Source: an uncultured Candidatus Saccharibacteria bacterium (GTDB lineage: Bacteria; Patescibacteriota; Minisyncoccia; Phycocordibacterales; UBA918). From it: DNA of 64,000 bases. Position 1 is the stretch's first letter. Each line of letters opens with the position of its first letter. The position numbers and the translations under genes were made by a program. The stretch is from contig CAYNQD010000002.1 in the NCBI GenBank assembly GCA_964399295.1, positions 104,358 to 168,357 on the forward strand, given 5' to 3'. The notes below the pieces were generated by a model. It was not told the origin of the DNA. It ran no database searches and saw only the letters and a program-made list of their open reading frames with translations. Below, piece by piece: positions 17,521 to 27,271 of the stretch.

Positions 17521-17946
17521 ATGGCAAAAAAACTAGTAAAGAAGATTAAGGTGCAAGCTGTGGGAGGCAAAGCTACGCCAGCTCCACCTTTGGGGCCGGT
17601 CTTGGGTCAGGCGGGTATCAATATCGGTGAGTTTGTAAATCAGTTTAATGAACAGACTCGCGACCGCATGGGTGAGGTGGTACCGGTAGAGCTTTCAGTA
17701 TTTGATGACCGTACTTTTACTTTCATCACCAAAGTTTCCCCAATGTCACGTTTGATTTTGAAGAAGCTCGGCAAAGATAAGGGTGCGAGTAAGAATAAGG
17801 TATCGAAGGTCGGTACCTTGACCAAAATCCAAGTACGAGAAATCGCAGAAATGAAAATGCCCGATCTAAACGCCGCTTCAATCGAAGCCGCCATGAAGAC
17901 AGTTGCCGGCACGGCACGCTCGATGGGGGTACAGGTGGAGGAGTAG
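17521..17946 (+). CDS. rplK: 50S ribosomal protein L11
   Basis: MAKKLVKKIKVQAVGGKATPAPPLGPVLGQAGINIGEFVNQFN is canonical L11. Confidence 0.95.
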   Translation: MAKKLVKKIKVQAVGGKATPAPPLGPVLGQAGINIGEFVNQFNEQTRDRMGEVVPVELSVFDDRTFTFITKVSPMSRLILKKLGKDKGASKNKVSKVGTLTKIQVREIAEMKMPDLNAASIEAAMKTVAGTARSMGVQVEE

Positions 17947-17966
17947 TTTTTAGATAGAGAAAAGTA

Positions 17967-18003
17967 ACAAAACACCGGATTAAGTTCCGGTGTTTTGTTT
18001 TCT
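17967..18003 (+). terminator. intrinsic terminator after rplK
   Basis: ACAAAACACCGGA-TTAAGT-TCCGGTGTTTTGT followed by TTTCT. No rplA follows. Confidence 0.8.
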
Positions 18004-18138
18004 ATGGGAATCTCTAGTTAAGGTGCGCGTGTCGAAGGAGTCGAAGGCTTCCTCTCCGGCCAGCAACGAGCGTCCGACGACAGATGTCCTCGAAGCCCTT
18101 CGTCAGAAATGGGGCTCAAGATAGATTTTTAGTTTAAA

Positions 18139-18182
18139 GAGTGAAGCGTGTGCGTAAAATTGTACCGCTTCACTCCTTTTTT
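18139..18182 (+). terminator. second intrinsic terminator (10-bp stem GAGTGAAGCG/CGCTTCACTC, 17-nt loop, T6), about 135 nt downstream of the first
   Basis: Read directly. It would bound a short independent transcript covering 18004-18182. Confidence 0.6.
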
Positions 18183-18253
18183 ATATGATTATGGCATAAA
18201 ACCTCCCGCCTGTCTTTTTATAATTGACTGTTCTTTTGTATAATAAAACCACT

Positions 18254-18931
18254 ATGTCACACTACGAAATTGAAATAAAAAGTTTATTGGGTACAAAAGA
18301 AAAGGCCGAGGATTTGGTGGTGAGGATGTTGGATGTTGATCCCGATATAAGGGTGGTGGGTGAGAGTTGCCAGCTTACTCATTATTTTATTGGTGGTGAT
18401 ATTCACCATCTGTACAAAAAAGTGGAGTCTTTATTTTCCAGTGCTCAGCATGATAAATTCAAAATGATTGCTGAGAAAGGAAAAGAATTTTCCATTCGGT
18501 CTAGGCAAAAGGATGACGAGGTATTTCTTGTCATAAAAGCGTCTTTGAACGGCAGTGACAGCGTCAATGGTGTGTCGCGATTGGAGTTTGAAGAACCGGT
18601 TACTGCGCTTACTTTGGATGAATTGGACAAGTTGATTTTGGAAGCTGGCTATACCTACGAAGCCAAGTGGTCTCGCGATCGAATCGAATATGCTTGCAAA
18701 GACATAAATGTCTGTTTGGATAAAAACGCTGGTTATGGTTATTTGGCCGAGTTTGAAATTGTCACGGAAGACGAATCCACTTTGCAGGTGGCGAGAGAAA
18801 AGTTGGTGGCTTTGATGGAGGAATTGGAGGTAGAGGAATTACCACAGGATCGCTTGGCGCGAATGTTTGCTCACTATAATGCCAACTGGCCGGATTATTA
18901 CGGTACTGAGAAAACTTTTATTATTGAGTAA
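18254..18931 (+). CDS. CYTH-domain (triphosphate tunnel metalloenzyme) protein
   Basis: N-terminal ExExK signature (YEIEIKSLL) at the Met at 18254. The ORF is open from 18224. Confidence 0.6.
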   Translation: MSHYEIEIKSLLGTKEKAEDLVVRMLDVDPDIRVVGESCQLTHYFIGGDIHHLYKKVESLFSSAQHDKFKMIAEKGKEFSIRSRQKDDEVFLVIKASLNGSDSVNGVSRLEFEEPVTALTLDELDKLILEAGYTYEAKWSRDRIEYACKDINVCLDKNAGYGYLAEFEIVTEDESTLQVAREKLVALMEELEVEELPQDRLARMFAHYNANWPDYYGTEKTFIIE

Positions 18932-18940
18932 ACCAATTCT

Positions 18941-19486
18941 ATGTTTCTTTCTGATGTAGATATTAAAAAGGGAATCGAGAGCGGTGCGCTAATAATTGAG
19001 CCATTTAATAATGAGCAGCTCCAATTGGCCAGCTACGATGTGGTGCTGGGAAATGAATTTGAGGTGGTGGATAGACACATGATTGAAGCTTCAGATCCGG
19101 CCCGAAAAATATATCCCACTACCAGAAAACTGACCGTGGCCGATGACGAGGAATTTGTCCTGCATCCAGGAGAGAATGTGCTGGGAAAACAGCGGGAGTT
19201 TGTCGGAGTTGATAATGAACATTTAATTTTGTTGTCGGGAAAGAGTAGTTTGGCGCGAATTGGTCTGGTAGTACACAATACCGCTATGCTTTTCAATCCC
19301 GGCCATCGGTTTTATCCAACCTTTGAACTGGTAAATGCCAGCAACATTCCGATTATTCTTCGTCCGGGTATGACTATTGCCCAATTGCTATTTGCTCGTC
19401 TGACTTCACCAACCAGCAAGTCTTATGAAGAGGTGGGAAGGTACGACAGTGAAAATTCCAATCACTTTGCCGAACCAAAACAGTAA
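18941..19486 (+). CDS. dcd: dCTP deaminase
   Basis: MFLSDVDIKKGIESGALIIEPF...ASYDV.LG is a dCTP deaminase/dUTPase-superfamily N-terminus. 181 aa. Confidence 0.8.
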   Translation: MFLSDVDIKKGIESGALIIEPFNNEQLQLASYDVVLGNEFEVVDRHMIEASDPARKIYPTTRKLTVADDEEFVLHPGENVLGKQREFVGVDNEHLILLSGKSSLARIGLVVHNTAMLFNPGHRFYPTFELVNASNIPIILRPGMTIAQLLFARLTSPTSKSYEEVGRYDSENSNHFAEPKQ

Positions 19487-19509
19487 ATTTTCTTTAGTTA
19501 AATTTAGTT

Positions 19510-20865
19510 CTAGTCTTTCTTTTGGATATCATGTTCACCCCGCTTTACATCAAAGCGATCCATTTCCGGATCAAGGTGAATCACTAAACCTTCGTTTTTA
19601 AATTCAGCTTCAAGTAGTCGTGCCATTTCTGCCGCTTGGTGACGGAGGGTGGGGTGTACAAAGCGAGTTGCTCTTAGCTCTACCAGGTAGACAATGGCGG
19701 GGAGGTCGCCGGTGAAGTAGTTGCTGGTGTTGTATCCCATGGCTACATAATACTGAGTGTCCTCTGGCGACAGTGTCAGTCTACCGATGGCTTCCGCTTG
19801 AGTCGTGATGAGCGCTTCCGCTTCGGCTCGAAGAGTGTCGGACAATTCGTCGAGATACCAATTATTAAAGCCAAGCTCGGTGGTGAGTAGTGGCATGCGC
19901 TGGGTAATGGCACGGTGACGTTGGATATCTCGAAAAGATCCAAAATCAAGTTGGTAGGCGAAAGCCACATCACCGGCAGTACCGATCCATTTTGGTAGCT
20001 CTGTTTTAGCGGGGCGCGTTGCCAACAGATTTTTCATGGTCGCTAATTCGGCGCGGTTGATACCATTATGGACAAGTTTACATTTTGGCACGTTGGTATC
20101 GTGATAATAGTATGACCTCATGATCTGTGCGTTGTAGGTTTCGGTTGCCTCGTATCGCTTGTCAGTGAAAGAGCTGGGGAAAGCTTCAAGTAGGGCTTGT
20201 TCAATTGTTTCAGCAATTTCACGGACTTCAGATAATGGATGGTGACGAAGGAGCGCTAGCTTATCCGAAAACTGCCGCAAATTTCCATGCCAGGCAAGGT
20301 TGGTAGTGGCGCCGGCGGGGAGAAAACCACGAGTGGTATCAAACGCTCTGGCCGCGATAGCTTTTTCATACACCGTTTCCTTTTCCTCCGCGGCTCTCGG
20401 GTAGCGTTCTTTTAATACTTTCTTCATCTCTTCAACCGCTTTTAGATAGAATGTCCGCCAAGTCTCTTGCACGGTTTTACCTTCTACACCGCCCTTAGGA
20501 TTAAGAAAAATTTGATTGGTAAAATCAATGTAGCGGGTTGATGATTCTTGGCCGGAATACAGTTTCCAGTCTTGGATTGCTTTGGCGGCGAGCATGGATA
20601 CTCCTTCAATAAATAGAGTGGCACTTCCACAATCACCAATTGATTTATGTCCATAGCCCACATAATAGCTCGACATAAATTTTTCTGAGCCTCTTTCCGC
20701 CAGGACTTTGAGGTGTCCATCAATGCCTTCGGTTGAGCGCGAATGGAGCGCTTGAAGCATGGCTTCGCTTTCGGGGCTAATAATCGCACCAGTATCAAGG
20801 ACGACCACTTGTCCGCCGTCAGATAGTGATTTGCGAGTATGTTTAATTGAATCAATGGCACTCAT
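19510..20865 (-). CDS. thyX: long, tandem-duplicated flavin-dependent thymidylate synthase (ThyX-like)
   Basis: Two ThyX-like halves. The N-half carries HKSIGDCGSATLFIEGVSMLAAKAIQD but no RHR. The C-half carries FRDIQRHRAITQR. A NLRxF...LRxxxxxxEI block appears twice. Start set at ATG 20865. The tracked ORF runs on to 21174, overlapping tmk. Genomic context is dcd/tmk/dut/glyA. Confidence 0.55.
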   Translation of the reverse strand: MSAIDSIKHTRKSLSDGGQVVVLDTGAIISPESEAMLQALHSRSTEGIDGHLKVLAERGSEKFMSSYYVGYGHKSIGDCGSATLFIEGVSMLAAKAIQDWKLYSGQESSTRYIDFTNQIFLNPKGGVEGKTVQETWRTFYLKAVEEMKKVLKERYPRAAEEKETVYEKAIAARAFDTTRGFLPAGATTNLAWHGNLRQFSDKLALLRHHPLSEVREIAETIEQALLEAFPSSFTDKRYEATETYNAQIMRSYYYHDTNVPKCKLVHNGINRAELATMKNLLATRPAKTELPKWIGTAGDVAFAYQLDFGSFRDIQRHRAITQRMPLLTTELGFNNWYLDELSDTLRAEAEALITTQAEAIGRLTLSPEDTQYYVAMGYNTSNYFTGDLPAIVYLVELRATRFVHPTLRHQAAEMARLLEAEFKNEGLVIHLDPEMDRFDVKRGEHDIQKKD

Positions 20866-20980
20866 GGGTAGATTGATTAGAAATAATAGGTATTGTACAC
20901 TATTTCCAGCCCCAATATCTGCTTCCCGCAAACAGTGAGTTTGTTGCGAGGTGGTGGTATGGTGAGGTATTATAACGATC

Positions 20981-21661
20981 GTGAGAGGAAAATTAATTGT
21001 GATTGATGGTGGTGATGGGGCGGGAAAAGCGACGCAGGTGGCACTGCTGGTAAAGCGACTACAAGCAGACGGACACAAGGTCGAGACTCTTGATTTTCCA
21101 CAGTACACGCAAAATACTTTCGGGGCGTTGATTCGCGAATGTCTTGATGGGAAGCGAGGGGATTTTATGGCCATTGACGCGCGTATTGCATCGACACTTT
21201 ACGCGGCTGACCGTTTTGAAAGTAAATTTCATTTGGAACAGTGGCTTGAAGAAGGGAAGATCGTTGTTTTAGATCGTTACGTTAGCGCTAATATGATGCA
21301 TCAAGGAGCCAAGATCGATAATGAAGAAGCTCTGGAGTCATTCTTGAGTTGGCTTGATTATATGGAACATTCAATTTTTGGAGTACCAAGACCAGACCTT
21401 ATTTTGTATTTGGAAGTGCCTTTTGCCATTAGGATTAAATTAAAATCGGAGGCAGTAGCTGGGGCCAAGCATGGGAAAGACGTAAAGGTTGATGTGGCGG
21501 AAAGAAATATCGAGCACCAAGCCAAAACCGAGGACAGAGCGAGGAAAATAGTCGCTGCTAAAAATAGTTGGGCGACTATCAGTTGTGTTGAAGAGGGAAC
21601 TATTCGTTCCAGGGAATCAATTCATGAGGATATTTATTTGGCAGTAAAATTAATATTATAA
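20981..21661 (+). CDS. tmk: thymidylate (dTMP) kinase
   Basis: P-loop LIVIDGGDGAGKATQ, DRY motif (VLDRYVSANMMHQ) and a lid region. GTG start. Confidence 0.85.
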   Translation: MRGKLIVIDGGDGAGKATQVALLVKRLQADGHKVETLDFPQYTQNTFGALIRECLDGKRGDFMAIDARIASTLYAADRFESKFHLEQWLEEGKIVVLDRYVSANMMHQGAKIDNEEALESFLSWLDYMEHSIFGVPRPDLILYLEVPFAIRIKLKSEAVAGAKHGKDVKVDVAERNIEHQAKTEDRARKIVAAKNSWATISCVEEGTIRSRESIHEDIYLAVKLIL

Positions 21662-21665
21662 ATTT

Positions 21666-22088
21666 ATGCAACTCAAAATTAAAAAACTCCATCCAAGCGC
21701 GGTTGTACCAAGCTATGCTCATCATAATGATGCCGGAATGGATCTGTGTGCGGCGGCTGAAATCACAATTGCGGCTGGCGAGCGGGTACAGGTACCAACG
21801 GGGATTGCGATGCAGATTCCTGATGGCTACGTCGGATTGGTTTGGGATAAAAGCGGCGTGTCGCACAAGGGCGGCCTCAAGACGTTGGGCGGGGTGATTG
21901 ACGCGGGGTATCGGGGTGAGATATTGGTGGGAATGGTAAATACAAGCCATGAAGCCTTTACCTTCATGGTCGGTCAAAAAGTCGCGCAGCTGCTGATACA
22001 AAAAATTGAGCAGCCAGATATTGAGGTGGTCGATGAGCTCGACGACTCAGTACGCGGCACTAGTGCGTTTGGGAGCACAGGGAAGTAG
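21666..22088 (+). CDS. dut: dUTP diphosphatase
   Basis: dUTPase motifs (AGMDLCAA, GLVWDKSG, GVIDAGYRGEI). 140 aa. Confidence 0.9.
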   Translation: MQLKIKKLHPSAVVPSYAHHNDAGMDLCAAAEITIAAGERVQVPTGIAMQIPDGYVGLVWDKSGVSHKGGLKTLGGVIDAGYRGEILVGMVNTSHEAFTFMVGQKVAQLLIQKIEQPDIEVVDELDDSVRGTSAFGSTGK

Positions 22089-22229
22089 GGCTACTCTAAT
22101 AAGAGTGTTAGGCAAGAAAGAAGAACAAATATTGGTGTTATAATAAGCGCAATAAAACTTTCATCATGATTTAAATTCGTTCGTTCAATTTTAGATTCAG
22201 ACTTTAATTACTTTTTAACTATTTCTTTT

Positions 22230-23498
22230 ATGAACGAATATAAATTTATCAAAGACCAAGACGAAGAATTGTATGCGGCGCTCGTGGGCGAGGAGGAGCG
22301 GGAGCGAAAAGGAGTTGAGCTGATTCCCAGTGAAAATTATGTGTCGCGAGCCGTTCGCGAAGCGAACGGCTCCATTTTTACCAACAAGTATTCCGAAGGT
22401 TATCCCGGCCGGCGATATTATGGCGGGCAGGAATTTACCGACCAAGTGGAAATTATCGCCGTTGAGAGAGCTAAGCAGTTATTTAAAGCCAAGTACGCCA
22501 ACGTCCAGCCTTTGGGCGGAGCCAATGCCAACGTGGCGATGTACTTTGCGCTGATGCAGCCGGGCGATACAGTACTGGGAATGGACTTGAGTCATGGTGG
22601 ACACCTGACGCATGGTCATCCGACCACGGCCATCAATCAAGTTTTCAACTTTGTCCGCTACAAAATGAAGAACGTTGATACCGGAGCCATTGATTATGAC
22701 GAATTGCGAGCGGTCGCTTTGCGAGAAAAACCAAAAATCATTTTAGCCGGTTTTTCCGCTTATAGCCGTGAGCTTGATTATTCTAAATTTGCCGCCATTG
22801 CCAAGGAGGTGGGAGCTTATACTGTGGCTGACGTGGCACACATTGCCGGTTTGATTGCTGGCGGAGTTGCTAAAAATCCTTTTAATTTTGATTTTGACGT
22901 CATGACCACCACGACGCACAAGACTTTGCGCGGCCCGCGCGGCGGAATGATTTTGGTGCGAGAAGACGCTGATATTGCCAAGCGTATCAACAAAGCAGTT
23001 TTTCCCGGCATGCAGGGCGGTCCGCACATGCACATTATTGCCGCCAAGGCTGTAGCTTTTGGTGAAGCTCTTTCGCCAGCTTTCAAAATCTACGCCAGTC
23101 AAATATTAAAAAACGCCAAGGCCATGGAAGTGGTTTTCAAGCAAGCCGGAATCCGGCTTTTGGGTGGTGGTACCGACAATCATCTTTTGTTGGCAGATGT
23201 TTATGGTTCACTTGGTATTACCGGACAGGAAGCGGAGACTGTCTTAGATGAAGTGGGAATTACTCTTAATAAAAACATGATCGCCGACGAGACTCGTACC
23301 GCTCTTGATCCTTCCGGTATTCGTTTTGGCACACCGGCCATGACTACTCGCAAGATGAAAGAGAAAGAAGCCACGTGCTTGGCTGAAATAATGATAGCAG
23401 CCATGCACGCCAAAAATGACTCCATCAAAAAACAACAACTACAAAAAGAGGTAGAGGAGTTGTGCGAAGCTTTTCCGGTACCGGAGCGGTTTGTCTAA
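22230..23498 (+). CDS. glyA: serine hydroxymethyltransferase
   Basis: ELIPSENYVSRAVREANGS.FTNKYSEGYPGRRYYGG. PLP lysine motif TTTTHKTLRGPRGG. Confidence 0.95.
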   Translation: MNEYKFIKDQDEELYAALVGEEERERKGVELIPSENYVSRAVREANGSIFTNKYSEGYPGRRYYGGQEFTDQVEIIAVERAKQLFKAKYANVQPLGGANANVAMYFALMQPGDTVLGMDLSHGGHLTHGHPTTAINQVFNFVRYKMKNVDTGAIDYDELRAVALREKPKIILAGFSAYSRELDYSKFAAIAKEVGAYTVADVAHIAGLIAGGVAKNPFNFDFDVMTTTTHKTLRGPRGGMILVREDADIAKRINKAVFPGMQGGPHMHIIAAKAVAFGEALSPAFKIYASQILKNAKAMEVVFKQAGIRLLGGGTDNHLLLADVYGSLGITGQEAETVLDEVGITLNKNMIADETRTALDPSGIRFGTPAMTTRKMKEKEATCLAEIMIAAMHAKNDSIKKQQLQKEVEELCEAFPVPERFV

Positions 23499-23657
23499 CA
23501 ATTTTACAGCTCACAATGTTATATTGTAAAATATAGGAAAATGTGTCATACCGATTCAGGCCAAACCTGAGTCAAGGCATCAAGCAGGTGGTTGTATTTT
23601 TTAATGAATATGCTATTTTACTCTCAGATTGACCTTAGGACCGTTAATCGACTTTAA

Positions 23658-23688
23658 GCGCCTCTTGTAGCCAGAGGCGCTTTTTTTT
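23658..23688 (+). terminator. intrinsic terminator after glyA
   Basis: GCGCCTCT-TGTAGCC-AGAGGCGC followed by T8. Confidence 0.8.
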
Positions 23689-23743
23689 ATTTATTAAATA
23701 CAGAGGCTTTTATCCTGGTAAATAAAATCATACAATTAAGCTT

Positions 23744-24832
23744 GTGAATGATAATTACGCCCCATCAAATTTTTTTGTTTCTTTTATAAAGAAGCATTGG
23801 CTGACACTATCTTTTTTGTTGGGGTTTGTTACTGATTTTTTATTGCTTAATCGGGTTGATGACAGATTGGATAATCTGGTTTTGCTTTTTCACGTCACTC
23901 TAGCTACTAGCTCGATTCTGCTTTTCTACGTTGGGGTGGCAGAAAGGGGTGGTGAATGGTGGTCGGCTAAATTGCGTCATTTAATGCCGGTTTTCATGCA
24001 ATATTCTTTCGGCGGTATTCTTTCGGGAATGCTGATATTTTATGGGCGCAGTGGTGATTTTTTTGCCAGTGCGCCGTTTTTTGTTTTGATAATTTCGGTG
24101 ATTGCCGTTAATGAATTGGTAAAAAAACAATCAAACAGACTGATTTATAATCTGGCGGTTTATTTTGTCGGTTTGTTTTCGTACTGCGTGTTGGTGGTGC
24201 CGGTGGTGATTGGGGATATGGGCGACATAATTTTTATTGGCAGCGGAATATTGGCTCTGCTGATACTGATTTTGGTGGTCAAAATTTTGTCTGTCATTAT
24301 TCCAAATTTTATTGCCCTGCAAAAACGAACTCTGGTTTTTGTGGTTGGCGTGTTGTATGTGTTATTTAACGGTTTTTATTTTTTTAATATTATTCCGCCG
24401 ATTCCGCTGTCGCTAACTGAGCTTAGTATTTATCAATCGGTGGAAAAAATTGGCAGCAATTATCACATCATCAAAGAGGAAACTTCGTGGTTTAAGCGGT
24501 TGTCTTTGGCGCCAATTACTTTTCATCCCCAAGCTGGACAGGGAGCCTCGTGTTTTGCCAGAGTCTACGCTCCCACAAAAATAACCGCCAATATTACCCA
24601 GCGCTGGGAGTATCTTGACAGCGACGGCAACTGGAATGAACACTACAAACAGGCTTATCGAATTACCGGCGAAAATAAAAACGGCTATCGTGGTTATACT
24701 AAAATCACCAGTATTCATAATGGAAAGTGGCGGTGCAGTGTCGAAAATGCTCGCGGGCAGGTTTTGGGGCGGAAGACTTTTATTGTTGACGATACCAGGC
24801 CACCGGAAGAACTAGTGACAATCGTTGAATAA
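23744..24832 (+). CDS. polytopic membrane protein with a C-terminal soluble domain; function unknown
   Basis: At least six predicted TM helices, then a Trp/Tyr-rich C-terminal domain (RWEYLDSDGNWNEHYKQAYRITGENKNGYRGY). Confidence 0.5.
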   Translation: MNDNYAPSNFFVSFIKKHWLTLSFLLGFVTDFLLLNRVDDRLDNLVLLFHVTLATSSILLFYVGVAERGGEWWSAKLRHLMPVFMQYSFGGILSGMLIFYGRSGDFFASAPFFVLIISVIAVNELVKKQSNRLIYNLAVYFVGLFSYCVLVVPVVIGDMGDIIFIGSGILALLILILVVKILSVIIPNFIALQKRTLVFVVGVLYVLFNGFYFFNIIPPIPLSLTELSIYQSVEKIGSNYHIIKEETSWFKRLSLAPITFHPQAGQGASCFARVYAPTKITANITQRWEYLDSDGNWNEHYKQAYRITGENKNGYRGYTKITSIHNGKWRCSVENARGQVLGRKTFIVDDTRPPEELVTIVE

Positions 24833-24849
24833 TTGGTTATTGTACGAAC

Positions 24850-26535
24850 ATGAAAACGGTGATTAGAACAGCTATTGATGAGGTTTTGGCGGAGCAAGGT
24901 TTTGCTGAGGTGAATTTTACCATTGAACATCCGGCTGATATTTCCCATGGTGATTATGCTTGCAACGTGGCTATGGTGCTGGCGCGGAGGGTGGGTAAAG
25001 CGCCGCGGCAAGTTGCGGAGCAACTTGCCGCGGCGCTCGCCGACCAAATCGAATACGTAGACCGCATTGAAATTGCCGGCCCCGGTTTTATAAATTTCTA
25101 TTTAGCTCGTGATTTTTTTGTCGGTGAAATAAGCCGCGCAAATGTAGAAAAAGAGTTCTGGGGGAGAAATGATTCTTGGACAGGAAAGAAAGTGTTGGTT
25201 GAATACACAGACCCGAATCCATTTAAGGAAATTCACATTGGACATCTCTTCACCAATACTGTCGGTGAAAGTATCGCTCGTCTTTTCATGATGAATGGTG
25301 CCGATACAAAGAGAATAAACTACCAAGGAGATGTTGGTCTGCATGTAGCTCATGCTATTTGGGGAATGAAGCAACTTGGGCTTTCAGTCGAGGATAACCT
25401 GACAGCTTCTGATCTTGGTAAAGCGTATGCTTTTGGTGCGACTGCTTATAAAAAAGATGAAGTGGCGCAGAGCGAAATACGTGCTCTCAATAAAATCATC
25501 TATGAAAGAACTGATGAAGAGATAAACACTATTTATGATAAGGGTCGGAAGATTTCATTGGACTACTTTGAAACAGTTTACAAACTCATTGATACTCAGT
25601 TTGACGAATATTTTTTTGAAAGTGAATCCGGACCAAAGGGAAAAAAATTAGTGCTTGATAACCCAGAGGTTTTTGTGGAAAGCAAAGGCGCATATATTTT
25701 TGAGGGAGAGAAATATGGTCTGCATACTCGTGTTTTCTTAAATAAGGAGGGCTTGCCGACTTATGAGGCAAAGGAGTTGGCTCTGGCAAAGATGAAGGAA
25801 GATAGATTTGGTCAATACGATTGGTCTGTTGTATCGACAGCTAATGAAGTAAATGAATATTTCAAAGTTTTGAAAAAAGCGATGAGTTTCATTTATCCGG
25901 AACTTGAAGCAAAAACCGAGCATGTTGGCCATGGAACGGTCAGGTTGACGACAGGAAAGATGTCATCAAGAACTGGTGATGTGATCCGGGCTTTAGATTT
26001 TATTGATGAAGTGTCCGCTATGGCGGCTGCTAAGATGGATGAAGGAGGGAAGGTTGTTCCGGATGATGCTTTGGCAAAGGACGTAGCTATTGCTGCCATC
26101 AAGTATGCGACTCTGAGAGGAAGTATTAAACAGGATTCAATTTTCGACAAAGAAAAATCGTTATCTTTTGAAGGTAATTCCGGTCCGTATTTGCAATACA
26201 CTCACGCTCGAATTGGTTCGGTGCTGGAAAAAGCCAAGCAAGCGGGATTGGTGGGGGACATCAAATCTGCTCCCGAAACTTCTTACGAGATAGAGCGATT
26301 GATTTATCAGTTTCCTGAGGTGATCGAGGCTGCGCTGGCAGAACGAGCGCCTCACAAGGTGGTGTGGTATTTGACGGAATTGGCCGGAGCTTTTAATTCT
26401 TTCTACGGACAAGAAAAAATCGCCGACGCAACTGACCCCCACGCTCCCTACAAGATGATGATAGCCAAAGCCGTACAAACAACACTCAAAAATGGTCTAT
26501 GGGTGCTAGGTATCAAAGCTCCGGAGCGGATGTAA
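24850..26535 (+). CDS. argS: arginyl-tRNA synthetase
   Basis: Class I HIGH variant (IHIGHLF). An Arg-RS N-terminal add-on domain. 561 aa. Confidence 0.9.
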   Translation: MKTVIRTAIDEVLAEQGFAEVNFTIEHPADISHGDYACNVAMVLARRVGKAPRQVAEQLAAALADQIEYVDRIEIAGPGFINFYLARDFFVGEISRANVEKEFWGRNDSWTGKKVLVEYTDPNPFKEIHIGHLFTNTVGESIARLFMMNGADTKRINYQGDVGLHVAHAIWGMKQLGLSVEDNLTASDLGKAYAFGATAYKKDEVAQSEIRALNKIIYERTDEEINTIYDKGRKISLDYFETVYKLIDTQFDEYFFESESGPKGKKLVLDNPEVFVESKGAYIFEGEKYGLHTRVFLNKEGLPTYEAKELALAKMKEDRFGQYDWSVVSTANEVNEYFKVLKKAMSFIYPELEAKTEHVGHGTVRLTTGKMSSRTGDVIRALDFIDEVSAMAAAKMDEGGKVVPDDALAKDVAIAAIKYATLRGSIKQDSIFDKEKSLSFEGNSGPYLQYTHARIGSVLEKAKQAGLVGDIKSAPETSYEIERLIYQFPEVIEAALAERAPHKVVWYLTELAGAFNSFYGQEKIADATDPHAPYKMMIAKAVQTTLKNGLWVLGIKAPERM

Positions 26536-26750
26536 AATGAGCCAACGAGCGAAGCGACTATGGCGAATTTTGTTCCCGATTTGCCCTTCTCCGGGCAAAT
26601 CGCTGGAACTCGCGGTTTATAATTATTATGAAATCTAAATAGCAGTGTTTCGCCAGTAATTTTTCCTCCCAGAAAAATTATCGGCGCATTACCACTCTGA
26701 TATCAAAACCACTTTCTCATAGTAACCATAGCGAATTAAACAAAATAAAA

Positions 26751-26785
26751 CCCCGCAATACATCGCGGGGCTACTTCTTTTTTGT
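26751..26785 (+). terminator. weak terminator-like hairpin (CCCCGC/GCGGGG plus a T-rich run) inside the 650-nt non-coding spacer after argS
   Basis: Read directly. No plus-strand gene precedes it, so it may be the 3' end of an unannotated small transcript. Confidence 0.3.
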
Positions 26786-27271
26786 CTCACCGCCTTTTTC
26801 TATTCCAAGACGGAGTAACAATATTATTTTTCTTCCTATCCAACCGAAGCTTTAAATTTGCGTCGACTGGAAACAAACTTATTAAAGATAAAAACTTAAC
26901 TTTAATTTGTTGCAATATGTCTATAAATAAACCCATGATATTTTTCCTCGTCTATTTGAAAAATGTAACTTGCCCTTCCCCTTATAACATAAAATTATCC
27001 AATCGGACAGTCTCAATTTGCACGGTCCGTTTTTTGTGTTAAACTAAGCCACATGTCTTTGAGAAAGATTGCTACTAATATTTGGTTTATTTTCTTTATT
27101 TTTACTCCTCGGGAGAAGGTTTTTGCTGTTTAGATTTTCAGAACAAGAAAGTAAAAGCCTCCTCCCAGGGAGGTTTTTGTTTTGGAGAATGTTTTTAAAT
27201 TATTGAAAATATTCTCCAGGATAAAATATAAAATCCTGGACGGTGGTTCTTTTAAATTTTTTGGAGACTCC

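Noticed and set aside
20866-21174. N-terminal 103 codons of the tracked ThyX-like ORF, overlapping tmk on the opposite strand
   Set aside because: Cys/Ser-rich nonsense opposite a well-supported tmk. ATG 20865 starts the conserved part.
26782-27042. 86-aa ORF in the AT-rich spacer after argS
   Set aside because: Low-complexity sequence with no start context. The region is better explained as non-coding, with two terminator-like hairpins.
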